This document shows, in pieces, positions 24,301 through 37,007 of a stretch of DNA of 64,000 nt. The stretch is from a virus (Duplodnaviria; Heunggongvirae; Uroviricota; Caudoviricetes), in the IMG/VR virus record IMGVR_UViG_3300024268_000012; one strand, given 5' to 3'. The notes beneath the pieces were generated by a model. The model did not search any database, was not told the origin of the DNA, and saw only the letters and a list, made by a program, of their open reading frames with translations. The first letter of the stretch is position 1; the number at the start of each line of letters is the position of its first letter. Position numbers and translations under genes: made by a program.

Positions 24301-27300
24301 TATGATCTTCTGGCTTCTTTTTATCAAGCTTCTTTGGCTTTCCGCCACCTCCGCCACCTCCACCTCCGCCGCCACCACCGGTGATACCTCCACCATAGGT
24401 GCCTTTGTTAGTGATAGTTTTAATAGCAAAACCTTTAACCATACCATCAACAGGATTGGCATGAACACTTAAAGGAATATAAAAGTCTTGACCATTTTCA
24501 CCATGGGCGATATAACTACCTGCTTTTGCAGACCACTCTGTTTGTTCCACTGGAAATTCTTTAGTTTCAACCTGCATATCCATTCCCAATGCCGCAGCCA
24601 AAGCTTGCATAATACTTGCTGCTTCATTCGCATTAGAGGCTAAACCAGAGACAAAACCAGCCAATGAAGTTAAGTTATTCGCAACCACTTGACCCATTTC
24701 GCCTTCTCCTAACAATTCACTCCAATTAAGAGCTTTACCTTCTGGTAAACCATTAACTGCTGTTGATAAGGCTTCAAGCTCATCCGTCATAGATGAAATA
24801 TCAGCATTACCTGTTAATTGATCTAAAATATGCTTAGAAGCTTTTTCTTGCAATCTATCGTAAGCTCCATCGACACCATCGGCAGCATCCTACAAATCTT
24901 TTAATACGTCATCTTGTAACATAAAGTCTTCTGTTAATGCTTCAATTCCCTTATCATCCAAATCGAGAACATCACCATACATTTCTTTCATGTCATCAAG
25001 AGCTTTTTTATGTTCAACAGTGCCCTTCTATGCCTCTTTTAATGTTTTAGAATATGTTTTTAAATTGGACTAAACAGATTTTAAACCCTTTTGAACTCTT
25101 GCATATGAAGCTGCCAATTTGATATTATCTTCTTCTGTTTCTCCATTAATTTCGCCTAATTCTTTTAGATATTCTGTATATTCTTTTAATTCTTCAACAC
25201 TACCAAAACCAGCTTTAGTTGCCAAATCATCAAGGGAAGCTTCAAAATTATCCTCTCCAGTACCAGTTGTAGCATCATCTTTAGCTTCTTGTGTCTCTTC
25301 TTTTACCCCTCCAATAATTTGATCAAATGCTGAAAGTACATCTAACCATTTCTATGGATCCCATCCAAGAGCAGTTAAGTCTGCCATCGCCGATGCTTTA
25401 TCTTGATCAGTAGTTGCAGAAGATAATCTTAATAACGCCTTTTGCTCTGCTTCAGAAAATTCTATACCATAAGGAGAAAATTTTTCTGTGTTACCTGCAA
25501 TAAGGCCCGCAATCGCAGCTTCTTGATCGGTATATTTATCATCTGTAAAATCACGAGTTTCTCCTTCTTTATTTGTCGTAGCAACTTCAATTGATTTTAA
25601 AATTGTATCAAAACCTGCCATAGCAACAGATTCCAAGTTCGCTGCCCAAGTTTCAGGATTAACGCTATCACTTAATTCATATTCTCCCCAACGATTGGCT
25701 TCAAATTCACCTCTAGCTCTAATCTCAGCCCTTTTATAAGCTTCTGCATCAGAAATCTCTTCTCCGTTTGCTTTAGCTTTAGTTTTTTCCTATTCTGCAT
25801 ATGCAGCAATAACTTCTGCATATTCTTCTGCTGTTAATGCTTCACCTTCTCGGACTTTATCAGCAATATCTGTACGAGTTTTATAAATATTTGCTGCACC
25901 TGCCAAAGACATAAGTGCTTCCGCTGCGGCTTGAGCCGCAGTTGCAACTGCATTAATCGCAGTTTGCAGAGGTCCCTCTAAAGTAAATCCTGCAGCCTTT
26001 AATCGATCTTCAAAAGCTTGTACAGAAGCAGGATCTCCCCAATCAACACCAGAAAGAGCATTGGAAAATTCATCTAATCTTTCTACCGGAACTGCTTTTA
26101 ACATTGCTTTCATTCGATCAATACCAATTTGTCCAGCAGAAGCTTCGGCATTGGCCAAAATATTTGCCGCAGTCTCTTGATCTTCGGCAGTATCAAAAAT
26201 GTAGTTATCACTAATCATTTCTTCATAAGCAGATTTAACTCTCTGAGAAAACTTACCATTAGCAATATCAAAAGTCTTAGCTCCATTATTTACCGCGGTA
26301 ATAATGGCTGCATAAAATCCATCTACATCTTTAGCAATTGCTGCACCCTATTGCGTTAAACTAAGATTACCTTCTTCATCTTCGGTTAAATATCCTGCTT
26401 GAATACCCCAATTTTTCATTAAAGTGGTATCAGTTGGTAAAGCATATTTTCCGTCTTTTAAAGAAAGTCCCAGTCCCATCGCCAAAGTGTTTTTGTTTTC
26501 TGCCCATGCATTACGACCAACATCAAAATATCCTTCTGCTAAATTTGCCTAGGATAAAATATAAGCCGTTGCAGGATCTATACCTAATACTTTAGCAATT
26601 TGCTCCGGGTCTTGCTTAAAAGCTGCATCAATATAAATACCCTCTTGAGACCAATTTCTATTTGTATACCCTTCAACATCTTTGTATAATGCCGTTTCTA
26701 CAGCAGCTAAAGCCTCAGAACCACCAGTTCCATCACTATCAAATAATGCAGAAACCAATTTCCAATTATCTGCATTCTATAGCCAATCTGTAGTTACTTC
26801 TGTCCCAAAAATTAAAGTTAAAATATCAGCTAAAGCTTTAAATTTTTCCAAATTTGCTTCAGTAATAGTGGAATCTGCCATATCTTGATTTAATGCAGTA
26901 AAATCTGACAACATACCAATTAAAGAATTAAATCCTTTGGCTCGATTTGATTTAATTACTGCATCTTCATAAGCTTGCTATGTTGTAATTGCTGCATTAG
27001 AATTATATAATTTTAATTCTTCTAAGTCATAACCATTCGCACTAGCGATATTAGATAAAATTGAATCTCTTGCCCAAGCTGGGATGGTAGAAAAATCTGC
27101 TTTACCATCTTTCGTAAAACCTGCATTAATTAAATCTGTAAATGAAGTAACTGTTGCGTACCAACTATTTAAATCTTCTGATGTAACCTATAAGGTATCT
27201 CGACTAGCCCATAAAGTTCCAATTCGACTATTAACATCCTATTTTTCTGTATCAGTAGATGATTCTAACCACTTATCCAAAGCAGTTTTGCCTGCTGTAT

Positions 27301-30300
27301 CTTTGGTAATATCATCTAACCCTAAAAGCAGAGATAATAATTTGCGATCTTCTGACGTTAAATTATCAAAATCAATTAAAGCATCTTCTGTATTTGCGAA
27401 TTTATTTAAAATTTCATATAATGTATTTGAAAATAAAATTGATTTAGACAATGCATTGTCTTGTGAATTTGCGATATATTGCCATTCTTCACCAATTTTT
27501 GCAAATTGATCTTGAGTTAAAATACCATACTATTCTAATAAATCTAACTCTTCTTGTGAGATCAATCCACCCTCTTGAATTGTTGCTAAAATTTCAGACA
27601 ATGCAGGAATAGCATTTTTAAAATTTAATAAATTATCGGTTGAACGAGATGATTGTGTCTAATGATAATTGTTTAATCCATCAACTTGTGATAAATCTAA
27701 AGTTCCACCTTTTGTAAAAAGGCTTAAAATTTTATTTATATCCCCATTAGCCCAATCTTTAATTAATTGCTATTCGTAACCACTAAGTTCTGATAACATT
27801 TTTTGCTATCTTCTAGTTAACTAATTGCCAAATTCGCCCCATTCTGAAACCCATGCAGTAGAATCTTCCAATAAAGTTGCCAAATTACCTTCTGAAAAAA
27901 TGCCTAAAATGTCACCGCCATAAATATCTGCCAATGCACTCTAATGCTGTGCAAACACAGCTTGCCCTTCTTCGGTTTGGTAATATGCTAACTCTTCTCC
28001 TGTAAGGACATCCATATTACCTTTTGATAAATATAATTTCTATAATACAGGATCTGCAGTTGCGTAACTAGAAATTAAAGGACTTATATACTACTCTGGA
28101 TTATTCATAATATCAGTAAGAGTAGGCATAGATAATAATGACGTAATAGGAATTAATAAATCTTCGACGTCTTCTGACAAAGATTTAATTGTAATCATAC
28201 CAGACTCTTTATCATAATTATCCATTAATTTGTCTGTTGTCCAATCATATTGACTAATATCATAATCGCTATTGGTTGCGAGATAATCTCGATATGATAA
28301 TAAATAACCACCCATTTGAGCCCAATCTTGTGCTTCTGCATCAGGCACCCAATTCTCAGGTAAAGAATTTACTAAAATTTCTTCTAATTTATATGGGAGA
28401 GCAGTCTATAGCCATTTCATTGTATCTGCATCATATTTAGCAGTTTTATTATTGTCATTTAATAAATAATTAGCTAAAATGCCATATTGTGCAGGCTACC
28501 AAAGAGCATCAGCCCTTGCTTTAGCTGCCCCTTGTGCAAACACAGTATCTGTATTTACAGTTAAAACACCTGTATCTGTTAAAGCTCCTACAAAAGCGTT
28601 TGGATCAAAAACACTGCCATATTGAGCAGATGGATCCATCCATAAATGAAGCTATTGCTCTAATGCGTAAGGTAAATGTCCATTGTTTAAATAATCTAAA
28701 ACTGCTTCTCCGGCATTTTTATATGTTTTATCATATTGTGTACTTGCCCAAGTTAAAGCTTCAGTAACAACAGTATTAATTAACGCTCTTTGATCATATT
28801 CATAATCATCGCCACTAAGAGTCTTAAAAAACTTGTCGCCATCTGCGCTGTTTAATAACCATTGAATCGCTTCATAATTTTCAACAGACCAGCCTTGTGT
28901 TGTGTCATAACCAACCTCTTGTGCATCCTCAGGAGTTAAATTATGTCTAGTTTCTCCCGATGGACTAGTAAAAGTTGTAGCATATTCAGGCTTAAAAGCG
29001 GTACCATATGGATTTGCCCAACCTAATATATATGGCAAAGAACTTTCTCGTGATCCAAGTGCCTCTAATCCCGGAAAAGCTTCTTGTAAAATTTCAGGAA
29101 TTATTTCTGAAGTAGTTTCCCACTTAATAGCTCCAAATAACATAGAATGCTTAGTAGTTTTTGTTTCAGTATTAGTTAAAACATTTCCTGAAGCTCCCGC
29201 CATTTCAGCACGTCTTTCTTGCGCAATTTCCAATTGACGCATGGATGATTCTCCTAACGCTGACCAAGCATACTGCATACCTAAATTACGTTGTTCAACT
29301 TCTAAGGCTCTAGAGACCAATAGATCCATATTAATCAAGCCATTATCATCATATAAAGAACTTAAATCAAAATTATCTCCAAAATATTTTATTGGATCTT
29401 TTAATATCTTCCCCAATAAAGGATATGCACTTAATAATTCTAAAGTCGCAGACTAAACATTACTTAATGCTTGATACCATGCTGAAGTTCCTTCAGTGCA
29501 ATTATCTAATGCTTCTCTAACACTTGTATAAGAATCAAAATCATCTTCTAAAGAAGATATTTTATTTTTAGTATTGGTAATTGCTGTGCTTAACTCTTCA
29601 ACCTAAGATTTTAAATTTTGCAAATTTTCATCTACACTCATAGGCTTTTCGACTTCTTTTCTAAAAGCAACGAATGCACCTACAACTAAAGCCAATGCTC
29701 CTACAATTAAAGTTAATGGCCAAATTGCAGTATTTAATGCAACACCAAAACCTGTGACTGCATGTGTTGCACCAGCCGCGCCTGCTCCAACCGCAGCCGT
29801 TCCTGCCGCGCCAGCAGCTCCAGCAGCAGGCAATAGTGACATTACGCCGATTAAGCCTTGACTGATAGAAACAAGAGTCATTACAGTTGTAATAACAAAT
29901 CCTAAAATTGCATCGAATTTTTCCCAGCCAGACACTTCAGGATCTTTTAATGTGTCAACTAAACCCTTAAAAGAATTAATTAAACCATAAATTGATTCAA
30001 GACTTCCTGCAATATCTAAAACTGCATTTAAATTTTTAGATGTTTTTTGTGCGGCTTGAGCAAAAGCTTGTTCCATCTTTTCGCCAGCTTCTTCTGCATC
30101 TTTACCCAGTTTATCTAATTTAGATCCACCTTTTTCCCATTCTTGGAATAACTCTTCAAAACGGCTTTTTAATTCTGGTGGTACCATATTTAAAATAATC
30201 GCTTTAATTTTTGGTACATTTTTAGATAATTTCGCTTCAGCCTTAGACATACCTTCAGAAATTAAATTAAATAATTGTTCAATTTCTGCTTTTGTTTTAT

Positions 30301-32698
30301 CCCCAGCAAAAGCTTCTTCTAATGATCCAGCGTTGCCTTTAATTTTCGCAACTTGACCATTAATTAATTTACTACCTGTTTCTTGTCCAATTCGTTCTAA
30401 TTCTTTAGCATATTGCAATAGATCTTTTAGAATTTCAGCATCACTACGATTAGATGCAAATAATTCTGGTGCTTCAATTGTTCCAAAAGTTTGTTCAATT
30501 TGTTTTCCCATATTTTTAACATCTCCAAAAGCTGTAACCAATGTCTAAGCAGAAGAAACCGCCTAATCAAATGTTAAATTTTCTAAATCCTTAAAACCTA
30601 ATTTAGTAAAACTAGAACCAAGCTCTTGTGCAAGCTAAGATACGGTTTTTTCAAGTTCTTTAGTGGAAGTAGCATCTGTTGTAAACTTAACTTTAATATC
30701 AGCCGCATCCACTAAAAATTTTTTATTTGCTTCTTCTGTAAATTTTTTCTTTTCTCGCGCATTTAAATAAGCATAATCCTTATTCTATTTATGAGCTCTA
30801 GCTTTAGCTTCTTGACTTACTACTTCATCTACTAATGAAGATTTTTCTTTTTTCATGTTAGTCTGACGTTTTTGCTCTAATTGCATTAACTCATTTAATG
30901 CAGCAATTTGTTCTTGATAAGCTGAAATTACTGCTTTAGCTTGCGCAATTTGTCCTTCTGACATATTTTTTGATGCAACTAATAATTGATCTTTTTTCTC
31001 AGAAACTTTTAAAGCTGCATTAATTTGCATATCTTGTGATGGATCTAATACTGAACTATCTTTCTAAATTTTTTGTAACTCTTGACGCATCTGCGCTGAA
31101 TTTTGTAAAAATCTAGTTTGTTCATTCATTCCAGTAAATGCGTCTTTAATTTTTGTAGTAATTTTTGTAATACCGTTTGCAATATCATCACTAAAAGCTT
31201 GAGTTAATGCACCACCAACAGTTCCGATAATACCAGCGACACCGCCCATACCATCAATTAAGCCGCCAAGAGTAGTTACAATTTTTTCAATTGCATTAGT
31301 CACTCCGACCAAAGCTTTATCATTAATTAAACTACTAAAAATTTTTTCCCAGGCTGCTTGAACTCTTCTGGATGCTGCCTCCCAAGATTCTGCTGCAATA
31401 TCTGCCATTTCTTGTAAAGAACCTTCCGCATTTGTTGCAATAGACATATTGGACTTATACATAGAAGAATTTTCCATTAAGGCCATCCATTGAGTATATT
31501 GTCGTTTACCGGCAATCACTTGTGCTATAGCAGTTTGCTCTGCTCGTCCCATTTCTCCCCATTTGGCCATTAAATCTTCAATAATTGTTCCCATATCTCT
31601 CAATTCGCCGTTAGCATCTAAAATAGATACACCAACTTTTTCTAATTGAGAAGATACTTGTCCAAGATTTACCCCGTCTTCTAATGTCTCTCCAAGTTTC
31701 AAATCACCAATACGAGCAAAAATTGTTTTAAATGCAGTACCAATAGATTCTGCGGATTCACGAGTAACAGAACTAACTGTAGCAATAATGGAAGAAACTT
31801 GCTCCATTGATACACCAACTGTATTAGAAGTTGCAGCTACTTTTTGCATAGAAGTTGCAATTTCTTCTAAGCTAGTGGCGGTTTTTGCACCAAGGGCTGC
31901 CATAATATCTACATATCGTTCAAGTTCATCAGCACCGACTTGATAAGAGTTCCATACTGCAGTTAAATATTCTGACATTTCTTGTGCAGAAGTATTAAAA
32001 CTTGAATTAGCTGCCTTAATTGTAATTGCTGCTTTTTTAGCTACCTATTCTGCACTATCGCCCTATTGAAAATAAATCAAAGATGCATCAGCATATGCTT
32101 TAGTGGTTGTAGATAATTCTCTCGCCGCGCGATTAGCCTATACAGCAAATCGAGACATATCTTCTGCACTTTGTCCAGTAACAATACGAATATTTGTTAA
32201 AGAACTATTTAAATCTTTTACATAGGACACAGCTCCAGATAATGCACTTTCTAAACCATGTACCATTGTAGAAGATAATTCCCATTTTACTGTATTTTTT
32301 AAAGTCTGTCCCCATGCAGCTAATGTGCTATTCATGCGCTTAATTGGTACTTCTGCACTGGCAATAACAGAAGCCAATTGTGAAAAAGCTGCTTGACCAG
32401 TTTGTCCTGCATCTAATAAAGCATTGCCTAATTGAGTAACAGATGTGCCAGCTTTATTTAAACTATTAACAAATGTGTTAAGATTTAATTCACCAGTATT
32501 TACATTAGTAGCCTCTTGTAAATGCTTTTTTAAATCTTGCGCAGCTTCAGAAGCTTTTTTAAGTGCTGAATCTGAAATTGCTACTTCCAAATCCACAGTT
32601 GACACTTTATTTAAGCTTTTTTGTAATTCACTTAAAGCTTTTTTAGCCTAAGAGGTGTCAGCATTAAATTGTAATGTAAACTATCTGTTTCCAGCCAT
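21323..32698 (-). CDS. Tail tape-measure protein (~3791 aa; ~40 TAG)
   Basis: More than 15 track fragments share one frame, from ATG 32698 (SD AAAGGAG) to TAA 21323. TP901-like TMP core (AALGAKTATSLEEIATSMQKVAATSNTVGVSMEQVSSIIATVSSVTRESAESIGTAFKTIFAR) and C-terminal YATGGLADYTGPAWVDGT..PELVLN. About 42 in-frame TAG counted by hand. Confidence 0.9.
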
Positions 32699-32720
32699 TT
32701 ACACAATCTCCTTTCTCTCA

Positions 32721-32754
32721 AAAAAGCCTGACACAAATATTGTGTCAGGCTTTT
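32721..32754 (-). terminator. Strong hairpin terminator between chaperone and TMP
   Basis: Perfect 15-bp inverted repeat AAAAGCCTGACACAA-ATA-TTGTGTCAGGCTTTT. Confidence 0.8.
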
Positions 32755-32787
32755 CTCCTAATCTCTATCAAAGTTTATTTAAATAAA

Positions 32788-33312
32788 TTAACCAATCTTA
32801 TCAAGAATATCCTTCACTAATCCAATCTTATCAGGTTGATCAAGTGTTTTCATAATCTCTTCAACATTCAATTTAGTAGCATCATAATCATTAGTTACAG
32901 TTTTCATCATTCCAACAAAAGAATTCAAATACTTAACAGTATGCTCCGCACAATCTTCAATCGCATCAAAAATAGCATCATATTCATCTTCGGGAATTGC
33001 AGCAATAACATGATCAAGAACTTCATTAATCATTAATAGATCATAAGTATTCGGAGCATTTTCTATCATCTTATCAGTAATAGAAATATTTGTATAAGTT
33101 TTTACAATTTCAAGAATTGCATAAACTTCTAAACGAACAGGATTCAAAAATCCAGTATCGTCAATAGTCAAATTCAATACTCGCTCAACAAGAGCAAGCT
33201 TATCATTTACAGGAAGATACTGAATGACTTCAACTTCCTGTTCACCAATCTTAATAGTCTGTGGATCAACCTTCTTAATAGGGGTGACCGCTTTCAAAGA
33301 AACTTTAGCCAT
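32788..33312 (-). CDS. Probable tail assembly chaperone (174 aa)
   Basis: Intact TAG-free ORF with SD, directly upstream of the TMP. Call is based on position. Confidence 0.5.
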   Translation of the reverse strand: MAKVSLKAVTPIKKVDPQTIKIGEQEVEVIQYLPVNDKLALVERVLNLTIDDTGFLNPVRLEVYAILEIVKTYTNISITDKMIENAPNTYDLLMINEVLDHVIAAIPEDEYDAIFDAIEDCAEHTVKYLNSFVGMMKTVTNDYDATKLNVEEIMKTLDQPDKIGLVKDILDKIG

Positions 33313-33345
33313 GCTAATCTCTCCTTTTTCTCATTTTATGTATAT

Positions 33346-33374
33346 ATTATACCAGAAAATTTTTTGTTTGTCAA
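33346..33374 (-). promoter_or_regulatory. Sigma-A consensus promoter
   Basis: TTGACA-17 nt-TATAAT with extended -10 TG, 34 nt upstream of the 33312 ATG. Confidence 0.85.
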
Positions 33375-33380
33375 GTTAAA

Positions 33381-34658
33381 TCATCGCGTTCGTCCAATCT
33401 AATCTAATATACTTTCTAAATCTGCTAATTCAGATTCAATAAGCTATACAATCTAATTTCGTTTAGGTCCTATTATTGTTGCTGAAAATTGTCGAGCCCA
33501 ATACTACTTTTCTTCTAAATCCATTTTGGCTTCAAAATCTTTGATACGTAATGCAAATTTATATACAGTTTCCATACCCGCCGCGGATGCGCCATTACTC
33601 TTTACGCCATAATAAATAGTTTTACCATTAATATCTACTCCGCCTTCAATATCTTCTGATAAGAAACCTGGAGCATTATCTACTTGATGTAACCATCCTC
33701 GTACAAAATCATCAATGCGCTCATCCCAATTGCCATGATTAGGTTTTAAAAAATCTGGCATAATGTCAACTGGATTTTTTAAATTGGGATTATTCATAAG
33801 CCTTGTGCTAAAAGTTACTAAAATATTTGCATAAGTTTCTGCTAAATCACCTAAAGAGCTGATTTCTACTTTATTCCATTCTCCGCCAATTTTCCACATT
33901 AAAAGATTAGTGCCTTTATCTTGCGCAATTTCCATTCTACGAGATAACTCATCATAAAATGCGGTTAATTGAGTCCCAATAGTTTCTAAAGCTTTATCTA
34001 TTAAAGTAAAATGTTTGCCATCTGAATCTTTAATAGTTTTAACACGAGCGGTTGCACGACCACCATGACTCAAAGAAGCAAAGTCTGTATATAAATATTT
34101 TTCACTAAATTCTTTTGCATTACCCAATAAACGAATATCCACAGTGCCTTTTTTACCTTTAACAACATACAAATATTCAATACGTCTATTCACTAAATCT
34201 AATAGTGCATTTTGAAACTCATTACGTGCCTATTCAGCAGTTAATAATAGTTTATCAATTGTTCTTTGTTTGCCTTCTAATACACGTAACTTTTGTCGCT
34301 GTGCTTCTGCTTCTTTTTTTATATTTAATAATTGTTCCATAGCTTCTCTGCCAGAATCATCCAAAGATAACTCACCAGACTAATATGCTCTAATTGTATT
34401 AATACGGATTTTTGCTATACCAGTGCGCTTCTAAGTTTCTGTTAATTGTGTCATATATTTAGAAGCTATAGCATTATATTCACTCACAGCTGCATCTAAT
34501 ACCTGATAAGCATCTACAAATAATTTAGCTTTTTCGCGTAATACCTATCCTTGTATATTATTTTCATCTACTAAAGCGTCAGAAGCTTTTGATAAAATAT
34601 CAATAATATCATCTGCCGCTTTTTGGGCTGCTTCTGTTATAAAACTATATTTTCCCAT
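33381..34658 (-). CDS. Hypothetical protein (425 aa; 8 TAG)
   Basis: ATG 34658 after AAGGAG. Single frame across TAGs at 34545, 34431, 34380, 34230, 33504, 33453, 33444 and 33399 to TGA 33381. Confidence 0.75.
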
Positions 34659-34671
34659 AGTCAATTACTCC

Positions 34672-35205
34672 TTAAGACAAAGGCTTAATTTGATCTTCTA
34701 CTCCATGTACGGCATCATAAGTTGCAGACAATCCGCATAATTCACTATTCATATTTAAACCAGAACAAATTCTTAATGTAACTTCTCCAATTCCAGTTAG
34801 CTTTTGACCATTTAACATAGCATCAATTTCGCCCATAATTTTATAAGGACGTAAAGCAAAATCACCAAGATTCCAGTGATCTGGATGACATAAAACTTTA
34901 ATTTCAATTGCACAATCTCTAAATTCAGGATTAGTGTCATTTGGCATAAAATCAGTCATAGATACAATAATATAATTAGGACATTCTTTATCAATAAAAA
35001 TCCAAGGCACAATTTTAATTTGCTTATTGATCATAGACAATTTTTGTGCCATGGTTAAATTTTCTGCTTTTAAACAATCTTTTTCAGTATAATAAAGCAG
35101 TTTACATAATCTATCATTGTTTAGAATTTTATTAATAATGATCGATAAATCTTTATCTACAGATAAAAAACTGGATTTTGGGAAAAAATTTTGTCCGACT
35201 TTCAT
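34672..35205 (-). CDS. Putative tail terminator/neck protein (177 aa)
   Basis: Intact ORF adjacent to the tail tube gene, with RLCKLLYY and LRPYKIMGEIDAMLNG motifs. Position-based call. Confidence 0.45.
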   Translation of the reverse strand: MKVGQNFFPKSSFLSVDKDLSIIINKILNNDRLCKLLYYTEKDCLKAENLTMAQKLSMINKQIKIVPWIFIDKECPNYIIVSMTDFMPNDTNPEFRDCAIEIKVLCHPDHWNLGDFALRPYKIMGEIDAMLNGQKLTGIGEVTLRICSGLNMNSELCGLSATYDAVHGVEDQIKPLS

Positions 35206-35229
35206 ATATCATTCTCCTTTTTCGCAAAT

Positions 35230-35268
35230 AAAAAAAAGGGAGATACTAACCGAAGTTAGTATCTCCCT
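35230..35268 (-). terminator. Rho-independent terminator after major tail gene
   Basis: 14-bp stem AGGGAGATACTAAC/GTTAGTATCTCCCT, TTCG loop, T-run. Confidence 0.85.
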
Positions 35269-35287
35269 ATATTGTCATAGTATTAAA

Positions 35288-36220
35288 TTATTCTTGTGCT
35301 TCATCCAACTGACCGAAGATACCAGCATCTTCAACGATCTGAAGAGCAGCAATAACCTTCTTGGTCTTGTCAAACTTGGTATAATCCGGGAAAGCATCCA
35401 TGGTAAAGGTGAAGGTGGAAGGATCACCGGTAGGAGCCATGGTGAAGGTGAAGTTAGACTGAACCTTGCAGTTTGGAATAATGAACTCTGCAGGGAAGTC
35501 ATCACCAGTTGCCTGATCACGGAACAAGGTAGAAGCTTCAAGATAGTAAGAACCACCGAACTTACCAGCTTCAATATCAATCTGCTTTACGCCCTTAGCA
35601 GCTTCGATGTAGTAGTCAACATAAAGAATGTCGCCTTCTGCAACAGTAGGAGCGTTCTGAGTGGGTAGCTTCAATTCAATATGACGAGCATCCTGATTGT
35701 AAGCGGTAGCCCAGTTATCAAGAACATCCTGAATAACCATTTCTGCACCAATATCAGTAGAAGCAATCTGCATAGGTAGCTTAGAAGCATCAATAGAGCC
35801 GTCCTCAGTCATGAGCATGATATACATTTCACCCTGATTAGAAGGCTTCTTCTCAAGCTTAACCTTTAGAGCGCCACCATCATTAACAACTTCCAACTGT
35901 TCGGTAGCATGAACATAAATCTTCTCATCATCAGAAGCATCCATGAAACCAGCACCAGAAAGAATGGAGAAGCTCTCAGGAGAAATCAAAGCATCTTCCA
36001 TAGTAAAGGTTACAACGCGGTCGCCTTCCCAAGCTACCAAGCGAGGATTACCTTTACCACCCTGAGCATAAACAGTAGTAGCAGTACCTTCAAGACTGGA
36101 AGTCTTCAAGGTATCGAAATAAAGAACAGGCATGTTCTTATCCAAATAAAGCTTACCGAAATAACCGCCGGCCTTCTTCTTTAGCACAACGTCACAAATT
36201 TCGCGTACACCAAATTTCAT
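35288..36220 (-). CDS. Major tail (tube) protein (310 aa)
   Basis: Intact TAG-free ORF with strong SD and optimised codons, followed by a terminator. Tube-like motifs YAQGGKGNPRLVAWEGDRVVTFTMEDAL and FIIPNCKVQSNFTFTMAPTGDPSTFTFTMD. Confidence 0.8.
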   Translation of the reverse strand: MKFGVREICDVVLKKKAGGYFGKLYLDKNMPVLYFDTLKTSSLEGTATTVYAQGGKGNPRLVAWEGDRVVTFTMEDALISPESFSILSGAGFMDASDDEKIYVHATEQLEVVNDGGALKVKLEKKPSNQGEMYIMLMTEDGSIDASKLPMQIASTDIGAEMVIQDVLDNWATAYNQDARHIELKLPTQNAPTVAEGDILYVDYYIEAAKGVKQIDIEAGKFGGSYYLEASTLFRDQATGDDFPAEFIIPNCKVQSNFTFTMAPTGDPSTFTFTMDAFPDYTKFDKTKKVIAALQIVEDAGIFGQLDEAQE

Positions 36221-36245
36221 AGGTTTTTTCCTCCTTAAAATTCAA

Positions 36246-36992
36246 TTAATGGATATTTTTCATCCAATCATTGGGCTTGCCATCGGGTTTACCTCCGGCC
36301 AAGCGAGACCGTATGTCTAAATCCCAACTAATCCATAAGCCATATCGTTCAATTAAATCATATAGCTAATAAACAGTTAGATCTAAACACTTATCTAGAC
36401 TCATTGAATTTAATCCAATAGTAAGAATAGATACATAACGAGCTAACACGCTTCCTTCCCCTTCTCCTCGTAGCTGGGCTGCTCTCTAACGACCTTTCAT
36501 TAGCTTGGCCGCAATTTGAGCGGCTCGCTCATTAGCAGGGTTGAAATTAGAATTCTATCCACCCGCAGTATTATTCATACCAGCCATATTTGTTAATACA
36601 GCCTAAAAAGCATCAAAATTATTTTCATCTAAAACAAAGTGGTGCTAAGTTTCAGCATTATTAAAATAGATGCTATGAGGAAGAAATTGAGCGGTATACC
36701 CAGGAAAAAGTAATACAAACATTGAAATCATTGCATTTCGTTTTTCATTTACGTTTTTCATTTCTGGGTCTGTTACCAACGTCATAAATATCTAAAAATT
36801 ATTCATAGCCTATAGAGCAGAACTGCCCTATGGGTTTGCAGCTATGATTATCTATTTATTGAAGCATAGTATTTGTAACGATGAAAAATACTATTCTTCG
36901 CCTAAGAAAGAAATTTCTCTAATAGTTGGCTAATGTAAACTTGTACCTAATTCTGGAATTGGGATATCGGTTCCAGCCATTAACTGCAACAT
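36246..36992 (-). CDS. Hypothetical morphogenesis protein invisible under code 11 (248 aa; 11 TAG)
   Basis: SD GGAGGGG, ATG 36992. Reads MLQLMAGTDIPIPELGTSLH(Q)PTIREISFLGEE(Q)YF...LTVY(Q)LYDLIERY...DWMKNIH-TAA and fills the gap exactly. Confidence 0.85.
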
Positions 36993-37007
36993 GCATACCC
37001 CTCCCTC

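Noticed and set aside
21681-24472. Thr/Gly low-complexity tracts (ACC/ACT/GGT runs) as satellite or phase-variable repeats
   Set aside because: In-frame, codon-varied linkers within the TMP rather than perfect nucleotide repeats.
32700-33312. Programmed -1 frameshift (G/G-T type) in the tail chaperone
   Set aside because: The gene is followed within ~35 nt by a terminator and then the TMP start; there is no room for an extension ORF and no evident slippery heptamer.
35117-35668. 183-aa plus-strand ORF
   Set aside because: Overlaps the tail tube gene, its terminator and the next gene on the opposite strand; no SD.
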